52,376 nt of DNA from Octopus bimaculoides (taxonomy: Eukaryota). Each line of letters starts with the position of its first letter. Position 1 is the first letter of the stretch. This document shows, in pieces, positions 11,333 to 23,300 of the stretch. The stretch is from assembly GCF_001194135.2 (NCBI RefSeq), contig NC_068989.1, forward strand, positions 17,646,229-17,698,604, written 5' to 3'. The notes beneath the pieces were generated by a model. The model ran no database searches. It saw only the letters and a program-made list of their open reading frames with translations, and was not told the origin of the DNA. The translations under genes and the position numbers were made by a program.

Positions 11333-14300
11333 CACATAGACATACACGTACATACATACATACATACATACATACATACATACACACTTACATACACATA
11401 CACACACGCGCTACACACACATATTTGGATACAAGCACATTTACACATTTTATTGACATTTTAACCGACGATCATTCAAGCATATTTAAATGATTACTTT
11501 TATATGAGACTGAACACAAAGAAAGTCTGTAAATACAGTCTTGAAAAGCATTTACCGATTTGCTTTGCTGTCAGAAATCTCTAACTTTTTTTATTTATTT
11601 ATTAGACTCTGCTCTGTATTATTTCAGTTAGGTAAGCTGTACTATTTATGTATATAAGTACTAAAGATAAACTTTAGAAAAATATAACTCCTGGGGGTCT
11701 ATTCATCCGACTAAAATACTTCAAGGCGGTGCCCCAGCATAGCCGCAATCTAATAACTAAGACAAGTAAAAAATGAAAAATAAAAGCTAAAATCGGATCC
11801 GGCAGATATACTTATCAAATAGGAAATGTAAGAATGAATAAAGTTTCGTACTTACTCATTTGGGGGATTTTAACTGCAAAAGAATAAGAAAAATACAAGC
11901 ACTATTTTAGTAATTGTTTAAGATGTTATGTTCTACGTATTAACATTTTATAAAATGCATATACAAGGGGGTGCTGAAAAGTTTCTGGTTTGGGGTAAAA
12001 GAAAACACAGGAGGATTCACACACTTATTGCAGCGGGCCTTCAGTTCTTCTATGCTCAGTAAAAGAACTGTGACCCCTGTGACGTGGACCATACCATTAA
12101 ACACACTCTGCAACGTCTTACCCTCGCTATTTCCCCCAGTATAATCGAAACACAATGTAACTCTCACAGCCTACGGAAATTTCTCCTGGAAGTGACTTTC
12201 TTTACCATAAGATGTAATACCATGGATCATGATAGCACCTACAAATGACGTTCTTAGCATTTTTACTATTTCTATTATGTTATTTTATTATCACTTTATT
12301 ATTTTAACTTACTTCCTCACATGTTAATTTACTAACATTTGGTCTCTCTGATGAAGCGTTTAGGCTCAACCATCCAATGTTTGTTCAACATTTGTAAAAT
12401 CCCTTTATATCACTGGCGTGATGCGGAAAAGTTGGAAGATTGGGCAACCCCATGGTAGAAACAGCTGTAAAAATTTAGTATTTATACACTCATTTATTCT
12501 TATTCGTTTATTTTTATTTTTCTATTTATTTACTTATTTATTTATTTGCTTATTTCATTCGTTTATTTGGATCAGTTATACATATGATTGTAACCAATTA
12601 ATAAATAGATATAATTGAATGTTTACAGGTTGTTGTTTGTCGATTGTTTATCCTCTCCATTTTCCTCTATTTGCCTTATAAATCCTGGGTGTATTTCTGC
12701 TTTACCCCCACCCATACCTAGTATTCGATTGCGATATTACCCTGCAATAGTAAGCACTTGGATATAAATGCGTAGGTATACATCTAGTAGTATATTGGAT
12801 ATTTACTATCCCTTAGATAGTTGCATAACCTCTAACACATACATATATATATATATATGTATGTATGTATGTATACACATATATACATACATGTGTGTAT
12901 GTATGCATGTATGTATACACACACATATATACATACATATAATATATGAAATATTATTAAGTAAGAAAATAGAGAGATTCAATGGATAAAATTGATTTAT
13001 TAATTAACATTGCCTACAATTGGTACATGTGTGTGTGTGTATGTATGTATGTATGTATCTATGTATGTATGTGTATATATGAAGAGATTCAGTGTAAAAC
13101 GCAATAAGCACCAAAATAATGTATTTGTAGAAGTTGTTATCAATCTATTGTCCATGGAAGTGGGAACTTTACTGCATAATTAGTTTTTTGCTCTACGAAT
13201 CATATCTCCAGCTCTTTCGTGTTAAAAAGTAACTTCTTTCGTAAAACGCACTAAACGCTACTACTCTTTCGCCACAGAGCGAAATATATCCACCTGACCA
13301 ATCAGGGTGCTCGATTTGTCGAACAATGCAAGTTCATGAAAGTATTACATATATGTAACTGACAGGTGGGAGTTCAGTCAATAGTCAGGCCAAATTTGAA
13401 TATCAAAGTAGAATATTGAAAACGGTAAGTAACGAAGCTGGATTTTTTTTATTAACCCTTACATATGTTTGTAATCGCAAGCATTAATATTCTAAGTTGA
13501 TCTAGAATAATATAGTTAAACAGTTTATGGCTAGAACAAAAATAAAATATGCGTGAGTGTGTCTGTGTGTGAATGAGCACGCGGTACTGCGCGTGTGTGG
13601 TATGTGTGTGTATATGCGCATGTGCATGCGAGTGAAAAAAGCGAGTGTGAGTGTGTGTGTGTATGTGCGATGTTGTATTACATAATGTGTGTGTAAATCC
13701 GTCTGGTTGCTCTATTGCCCCCAATCTGCATTCTGCGTGCTGGAGCATATATGGTGTGCGTGTGTATGTGTATGTGTGTCGCGCGTGTGCATGAGAGAGA
13801 GAAATGAGCGAGTGTGTGTGTGAGTGTGTGCAATGTTGTATTACATAATGTATGTGTTTGAAACTATTATGGATTAAGGGAAATATTTACGTCTACTAAT
13901 ACCTTTAATTCATCTCTTACCTAAAAACTCAAAGTTGTTCTGAAGTCTATGGTGCGATAGCAATATCTAATAAAACTAAACACAATTTGAGTTGTCTCCC
14001 GTTCTTTATGAAATGATTAAAATAGTGTCATTGCGTTAATGCAGTATTTTCCTCATAGCGTATGATTTTTAATTAGAGTTTTGATACTCATTTATATTGG
14101 CATATCTGTATGTTTCCATACCTTGTACCATTCTTGCTTAAAGAAATTTTATACATTAATGTTAAAGGAGATAAAATGTTAAAGTTATTTGTATATGAAA
14201 AGTTAGTGTATTTACGGTAAAATAAATATAATCTATTTTATAAGACCTTTATTTTTTTGTTCAAATCAATCTTTGAGGTTGGTGGAAAGAAATGTTTGTT

Positions 14301-17300
14301 TTGTTTTAGAACTATGAAGAAAATTCATTAAAGGAATCTAAATTTGAAATATCGAATAAGCTTATCAAAATATTAAAGTTATATGCTTTTGGAATATAAG
14401 TTTTAAGTTAATTTCTTGATTAGAAAGAATGATACCAACAGGACACGGTAAATTTTCCGAACAGTACAAAAGACGCAAGTGAACTGAAAAGGCTGCAACT
14501 GGGAATTGAAGTAATATTTGGATTTTGATTCAACCGGATCTTAAATCATACGCCATCATGCAAATAGCATCAAATTATGAAACACATAAAAGTTATACTT
14601 ACCTTCGCAGTAATTCCCATTAAAACCAGATGGGCATTTGCAAGTGATTGGGTTGGCATTATAAAGGCATGTTCCTCCGTTACGACAAGGGTTTGTTAGG
14701 CAATTCACAGCTGGATTCTTTTGATCACAAAGCTTACCATACCATCCATTAATGCAAGAACAAGAGAAGTCATTCGTTCCGAATCTGCTACAGCGGCCGT
14801 TGTTAAAACAAGGGTTCGGAGTACAAGGATCACTTTGAAATTCGCATCTCTGTCCTGTCCAGCCTTGTCGACAAGCACAAACGTAGTTGTTTCCCATAGG
14901 AAAGCATTGTCCACCATTTAAACAGGGGTTTGTTGTACAAGTCCTTACCAAACTCTCACAATTTTTTCCAGTCCATCCATAGGTACATGTACAGGTGTAA
15001 TTATATGTATCTTGTACATAACATTGTCCATTATTCAAACATGGTTTTGAAGCACAAGGATTCCTAATCCCACAGTCTCGACCCCCAAATTCTGGAGTAC
15101 AGTCGCATATTCTTGTGTTTAAGTTACAAGTTCCACCATTTTGACATCTTGGAGAGCACCGATTTGAAAACTGGCATTTATCTCCGAAAAAGCCATTTAG
15201 ACATATGCAAGTAATTTGATTGTTTACCATCTGACAACGTCCACTATTATGACAGACATTTGGATTAGACGCGCAAGCATCTCTAATTGAACAATCTGTC
15301 CCTAGAAAACCTTGAGGGCAGTTGCATCTTCGTGTGGTTACGTCACAAATTCCTCCATTTTGACATGGTGAATAGCATTCGGTCGTGTTCTCGCACCTAT
15401 CTCCGTAATATCCACTGAGGCATAAGCAAGTGATTTGATTGTTTACAAGCTGACAAGTTCCACCATGTTGACAGATATTTGGTGTGCAAAATGGTTGTTC
15501 ACATCGTTGTCCTGTGAATCCAACAGGGCAAAGACAAGTGAATTGAACTCCATTTGGATAGCATGTACCACCATTTTGACAGGGTGAGGTTTGACAGGAA
15601 TTAATGAGAATTTGACATTGTGTACCAGTAAATCCAGTTAGGCATTCACATTTCGCAACAAAGTTAGTTGTAGCACATCGGCCACCATTTAGGCAAGTCA
15701 CTGAGCGACATTTATCTTCAAATTGACAACGATTACCGTAAAAGTTAGGAAGACATTGGCACATAAATGAGGTTCCCGCATTCGAACATTTACCACCGTT
15801 CATACAAGGTGCTGACAGACATGCTGAAAGAACTAGTTTCAAAAGCAAAAAATAGAAAAAGAATAAATTAGCAGGTGATCAAATAAAATTGTTAGGAAAT
15901 AAAACTCTTTTATGAGAGTTATTAAAATACCATTACAAAAAGACTTAATTTTGTAAATGAGTTACAAGTGAACGTGATTTTTTTTCATCTTGAATGAATA
16001 AAAAATTTAAAGTTAAGTTAGCATAGTTATGCCTTAATATCATTTTTACTGAGTGGTATATCAGAAGCCAAAGTAAAACTGTCAATGTAAAACTCATAAC
16101 ATCTCATGTGAAACTACTAACTGAACTTACATTTCATCAATAAGACGTTAAAAACATATTAAGTTCAAATATGTTTGATATAACGTCAATTGGTAATATA
16201 AATAGAGCTGTATTAATATTATAGTTATATAATTAAGGCGGCGAGCTGACAATCGTTACTGCGTCGAGCAAACGAGGAAAATGATGAGCAGTATTTCTTC
16301 TGTTTTTACTTCTGAGTTCAAATTCCACCAAGGTCGACTTACTCCTTCATCCATTTGAGGTCGATAAGACACACTATTTGAACACTGGGGTTGATGTAAT
16401 CGACTTAACCCCTCCCCCGAAATTGCTGGCCATATGTCAAAACTTGAAAGCAATTTTATAGCTGTACTAAAATTAGAGTTGTTATAATTCTATTAATACT
16501 GTAGAAAAGAAGTTGTATTGATATTAGGTTCAAAATTTGGCACACGGCCAGCAATCTTAGAGGAGGTAGTAAGTCGAATGCATCGATTCCAGTGCTCAGC
16601 TGGTATATATTTTATCGATCCCGAAAGGTTGAAGGGCAAATTCGACCTCGGGGGAATTTGAACTCAGAACGTAAAAAAGGATGAAATACTGCTTAGCATT
16701 TTGCCCGGTGTGCTAAGGAGCCTGCCATCTCGCTGCCTTACAATCGGCTATAATATTAATACCATTTAAGGCGGCGAGCTGAAGTATCGTTAGCATGCGG
16801 TCAAAATATCTAGCAGTATTTCGTTCGTTTTCACCTTCTCAGTTCAAGTTCCGCCGGGTTCGACTTTGCCTTTCATCGTTTCAGGATCAATAAAATAAGT
16901 ACCATTTAAGCACTGGGGTCGATGTAATTGATTTATTCTCTCTCCTGAAATTGCTGATCTTGTGCCAAAATTTGAAACCTATATTATAGTCGATGACTGT
17001 CAACTAATTGTTTAAGAGTAGTCGTGTGACTATATTTCCTTAAGTTCTCGTTAAAGAGACAAAAATTAAGCAGACAAAAATTAAAACACTTTTGAACCTT
17101 TTTACCTAAAGTTGTTATATAAACTTTGTAAGTTGACAAGAAATGTTCTAAGTGAAAGCTTAGTTCTGAAAATTCTTATGAAATTCTATTGCTACATGAG
17201 CGTCTAATTTTCCTTTGAAAATCAGGTTACAGCGCTCGATTTTATTATAACCTGAAGGCAAACACGTCGAATTCGCCTTGAGTATGAGAACAGATGACAT

Positions 17301-20300
17301 GTATTGAATTAAATCTCACGTGCTTCTTAATCAAATGAAAAATCAACTGTTTTTTCTCTCTTAGAATTAGATAATGTAAAATTCAGAAACGACCGTCTCT
17401 TTAAATTACTGGAATCTAGTTATATTACGTCTTCCTAAAAAACAGAAAACTGTGTGTAAACAATATTGTTAAAACTCTCAGTTACCACTTTGACATCTGT
17501 TTCCGGTAAATCCAGGGACACATTTGCAAATGAAATCATTGACGCGATTCATACATGTACCTCCATTGTAACATGGCTGTGTTTCGAAAAAGCATGGTTG
17601 CATCTCTAGAAAAATAGACAAACATTTAGTGATGTTTCAAGACATAAAGTGTGTATTTCAAAATATATTAAATTTTTCGCTTTCCTTTATTTCAAATCGG
17701 TATCGCGTTATGAGGTTATCTCTTAATAGGATATAATTGTATTGGTTCAGTCCAAGAAGAAAGTGAAGCTATTTAGTTCCTACACCTTTTGTAACGGTGG
17801 TGGTGGTAAGAAGTCTGTTTCCCAACCACATGGGTCTGGATTCAGTTCTACTGCGTGGCATGTTGGGCAATAGTCTTCTACTATAGCCTTAGGCCCACCA
17901 AAGCCTTTGAGTGGATTTTGTAGAAACTGAGAAGAAACTGAAAGAAGCTCATCTTGTGTGTATGTGTGTGTGTGTGTTTGTTTGTGTGTGTGTGTGTGTT
18001 TGTGTCCGTTTGTGCCCGTTTGTCCCCCACCACCGGTTGACAACCGGTGTTAGTGTGTTTAAATTCCCATAACCTTGAGGTACGGCAAAATTGACCGATA
18101 GATAGTACCAGGCTTAAAAATAAAATAAGTATTTGTATCAATTAGTTCGACTAAAATTCCTTGAGGCGATGCCGCATGCCTAGAGGTAGATGGCTGCAGT
18201 TTAAAGACTGGAACAAATAAACTTTAAAAGATAAAAGATAAATGGTCACCCATAAAAAGACTAGATTCCAACACGAACGAAATACTCCTTCATTTTTACC
18301 GTACTACTACTAATTATAACTGACTGAGTTATCTAATTCTGTAGTAGTGACATACAATAATTCAGACTGAAGCAGTTACAGTGAAGCTTCATGACTATAA
18401 ATGAAGACATGGTGTCAGGTTACAAAATTCTGAGAACTTAAGAAATATCTTGATGCTCTATCGACACAATATCTTGTTGCTTTCAGAGAGAACGGGCCTC
18501 TAACCTTTTCTATTCTTCTTGTATTAACGGATAGAGTTAGAAGATATTAATACAGGTAGCGGATCTTTTCTGTTTGGCTGCATCTGATGAAATTTTAAAG
18601 TTTAACGAACATTTAAAAATTATGGTGTAGTGATGTAATTTTCCACGTTGAATCTCAGGAGCTAATTCACTTTTCCAGAAAAATTGTTTTAAAAGCGTTA
18701 CAGAGATTTAAAGTTTGATCATTTTTACCCAGTCAGACAACTGGGTTTAGAAGCTGCCAATTTTGCGTGTTGTCGGTTGTAATCAAATGAAATATTGGTG
18801 GAATTCTACTTTACGCATGCCATATAACCCCTCATATTTTTTTTTATTTTGGGGAATTTACACACAGGAATTCGTAGAATTATACACCCTGCCAAATATT
18901 AGTGCGTGATTTAAGGCCTATTTAGCTATCATTTTCAGTACATCTCACAGCCATCTCATATCTCATGTGTTTTGAGTATTCAATATGCGAAAAATGACCA
19001 CGTGGGTAGGCAGTTTGGCAACAGCTTAGCTTATTACTATGGAAACAAGTTCCTATATGTCTGTGGCTTTCGATCAACTAAAATTATCCGAAATTTGCAA
19101 AATTTAAAAGTTGTTAAATCTTTACTTATTAATTTATGGCGAAAATGAATTTCCTATCAATGACAACCATACAAAAATACACCAATATACCGAATATGAA
19201 ATCAATTTAAAAAAAAAATTAAGAAATTAAAAAGTGGCAGCCAAACAAAAATGATCCCCAGTAAGAGAAAGGGAAAGGATTGGAAACAGTATTTAAACCG
19301 AGAAGTCTAAGGGAGAGAGAGAGAGGAGGGAGGTGGGAGAGAGAGAAGGAGAGAGAGAGACCTGCATTAAATGTGCTCAAGTGGAGATTGCACAGGGCTA
19401 GAAATTTCAAAACAGAAGGAATATTTTTCTCTATTCAATGACTTGTTTGGCCTCTAACTAATGAGATGTTAATTTGATTCATTCTGTTTTCTTCTTCGCC
19501 TTTATAACCAGTCAGAGTAAGGTGGTCATTGAAAGATAGATAAAGACTAGAAAATTTAATATGTAAATATTGTTGTTAGGTGAGCAATTTTTATTGGATG
19601 CTATCAAGATATTTAAGAGAGTATTGTGTCAAACTAAGTATGGAAAGCCGATGCGGAAGTCAGAATTATTTTACGGTCTTGAAAATAAAACCAGTTTTTG
19701 GAATGAAGCATTGATTTGCGTGACTGTAAGTGCATTATTTTTAGAGAGTGAAGTTTTAAGCTGTGCGTTGTTTCACAGTATGGGGTTCTGGTTCTTAAGA
19801 AGTATAGTACGCTTCTTGTCACTATCGAAATGCTAACGACGTTTCAATTAATAAAAAGAATTACTAAGGTTGTAAATAAAGCTTTTGTGCGGAAGTCAAT
19901 CACAGTCTTCAGAGGTAAATATATGCTGTTTCAATTTTTATGTTTTTATTAAAGGTAACATTGTACCGACTGAATTATCACAAGGATTTTCGTCTTTATT
20001 TCCTCCTACCGAACGAAAATATTAGCTCATAAAATTTAATAAATAACTCACTTTTCTCACACTGTTGGCCTGTAAACCCGTGCATGCAGTTGCAGTTATA
20101 ACCATTAACTCTCGAAATGCATGTGCCTCCATTGTAGCACGGTTGTGCATCACAGTAATCTACACCTAGAGAAAATATAATATTATACAGTATTTAGAAG
20201 CTTTATTTTGTTTGCTTGATACCGAGAACTGAAAACCATAGCATGTGAAATGAACCATCGAAAATGTGCTTCCGTCTGTTGATTATTTTGCTTTCAGATT

Positions 20301-23300
20301 TTCTTTTCGCTTTCTGTGTTTGATTTTCCTAATAAACTTTTAAGTGGCGAGTTACCATACTGATTTGGTATTAATTTCATGTGAATATAGGTTATATTTC
20401 CTGATAGTAATTTGTCAATATCTCACTCAAATATTATCTTAAATTGAATATTTCTGCTATAACCGGGTTGGTAGTTTTCCTTTGATCTCTGACTTCTTCG
20501 GGCGTCTGACTTGTGTATTCCACATAAATGAAAACTCTTCATCCTTGCATTGATTCTGCTTTCTGTTCTTTTCTTTTCTGTAGCTGAAATAATGAAGTTC
20601 TGCTGTTCAGAACTTCCAGTTGAACCTTCCCCTACTCACATCAATACGTTATATACATTTTTATTTTCGTGTCTCACTCTGTTTCTCTTCGTTAAAGCCC
20701 CACTGAGCATAACATGTAGTTATTAAAAAGACCACGTTCCTATCCCTTAAATCTATATTATTAAGTCCACATTTAGCTCACTTCCTACTATCAAAATTCC
20801 ACATTAACAACACCATTCTTTATCCCATTCTTCAAAACTGAGATAACCGTGTAGGTCTAGCATTAGTCTTCCAACAAATGATTAAAAATGGTTAACATAT
20901 TTCTTAGAAATTTACTAAGAACAAATCAACTTGTATATTTCCAATTAAATCTTATTGAAAATTCTTGGAATATTCCATATTCCATTTTTACTAGCCGAGA
21001 ATCAATTTCTAACTTCATGTTTTACTAATATATAAAATAAAAGAATATATTATTAAGTTCACATCGCTTGGCGTAAAATCCCGCATTGTAACGACATTAG
21101 AAGTCCTTGGCGAGATTAGTGCATGAATCAGCATTTAGACATGTCTGGGTGCTACACATATTGTTGGCTTGTTCAAGACAAGTGGGTATATAGGGAGATT
21201 AGTTATCAATAAAACAAATGTAGCCAGTCACAGAAAGGCGGTGAGCTGGCAGAATCGTTAGCACGCCGGGAAAAATGCTTAGCGGCATTTCGTCCGTCCT
21301 TACGTTCTGAATTCCAATTCCGCCAGGATCGACTTTGCCTTTCAGCCCTTTCGAGGTCGAATACTGGAGTCGATTTAATTGACTTATCCCTCCATCGAAC
21401 TTACTGGCCTTGGACCAAAATTTGAAATCAATATAGTCTGTCACACATATTTTTATCACTAAAGCTGTTTTGTGAAACACTGGCGGGATAATACAGTTCT
21501 ATATTTAAGTGAAGAGGAATTATGTACATTATTTACATTTGACGGATATTTTTACTCATCTTGTTTGTTGTTAGCATAACTTTTCGGCTGATATACCCAC
21601 CAGCCTTCATCAGGTTCGAAATTTTCCCAAGACACCTGATGAAGGCTGGAGGATATATCAGCCGAAACGTTGTGTTAACAACAAACAAGATGAGGACAAA
21701 TATCCATCAAATGTAAATAATGTAAATAATTGGCGGGATATTTCAATAAGGAATGCAACAAGGAATCGGCAAGGATATGATATGTTACAAGGATATGATA
21801 AAATATATTTATTAAATAAATAATATATCTATATGAGAATATATTAAATAGTATATCATGTTAAGAAAATTAGAATGTATTACATCGAATTAAATGAAAT
21901 TACGTTAGTAAATTAACGAGTCGTAATAAAGCACCAACTAAGATTGGTTTTTACACTAAAATAAGATAGTTTCTGTAGACAAAAGAATTCAATGGATACC
22001 AATAATTTTTTTAACTAGACATATTTAGTGGCTGTCATTATTTCTCAATTTACCATGGAGCTTGATGACTAAATTGCTTGTAATACTTACATTTGATAAA
22101 ATGTTTGCAATACTTTATCATAATGATGTAAATTGAAATAGAAATACTTCATTCTTACCAATTTCACATCTGAATCCAGTGTAACCACTCGGACACATAC
22201 AGGAATAGTTACCAATACCGTCAACGCATGTACCACCATTTAAACAAGGAGTTGTCGTCAGACTGCATTCGTCGATGCCTAAGATAAATTAATATTAACC
22301 CATTCTTTCACTTCGTTAATCTTTGCTTTGAAAACTCATTCTAATTTGGAACAACACCAGAGCTATTACAATATCATGCATGTCTACATTGTTAGTTTTT
22401 AAGGGACTATTGTTAATATCTTGTTGAGTATATGAGCAGATAAATTCAACCTGCCTAACTAACATGTAGGTAACAACAAATTTTTCGACCGTTCGATCAT
22501 ATCTACTCCTAGTATTAGATGTTAACTTTTAACTAGAGTAATAGCTTTTAATTTTTCACTCACAATAAATTATTATTGTCCAGTCAAGGAAATGACCGAA
22601 ATACTCTGCAACCATTATTTGGAATATTTCTGAGGAGATAAGTAACACACTAGCAGGTGAAATATATGTAGAAGCAGATGGCTTGTTATATTAAATATAT
22701 AATGTACATAGAAGTGTAAATCTGAGCGTGCATATGTTAAAGATGTCCACGTTAAAAAGAGTTTATTCTATGAAATAGATTCAATTAGCAACATTGTTAT
22801 AGCTAAAATAAAATACATATTGATAATTTTGTGATTGTTAGGATTAAACAGTGTCACCAATTGTTTCAAATAAAGTTTACAAGTTAATAAGAAAAAAATA
22901 AATACCTTTATTACAATATTGTCCTGTGTATCCTGGGTTGCAGTAGCATCTAAACACAGAACCTTGCACACTACAAGTCGCACCATTTTTACAGGGTGAG
23001 CTACGACATACATCAGCTGAAAAAAATGTTGGAGATACATATCTTTTACACACATTTTTCTCTATCTATGTAAATAATGAAATTCGATAAAATGAAAGTG
23101 AATCAAATGCATTAATTACAGCAATGTATTTACAATCTCACAGAAAGAAAATTTGCTGATATTTGTTGATTTGTTTTAACAGAGATTTACATGCTTTATA
23201 TTGAATTGAGCTATCGCCAGTCGAGTCGACACCGTGTCAGTCTAGAGTTGAAAGTGTCAAAGCATCCTTTATTATCACGAGTGCTACATTGAGAATAATG

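Noticed and set aside
1-14602. Search for an alternative transmembrane-encoding exon downstream of EGF15
   Set aside because: None found by eye. Small exons or ones hidden in N gaps cannot be excluded without transcript data.
17215-17300. Faint EGF-like tail [15 protein letters not shown] on the minus strand
   Set aside because: Only two Cys and no exon geometry; indistinguishable from chance.
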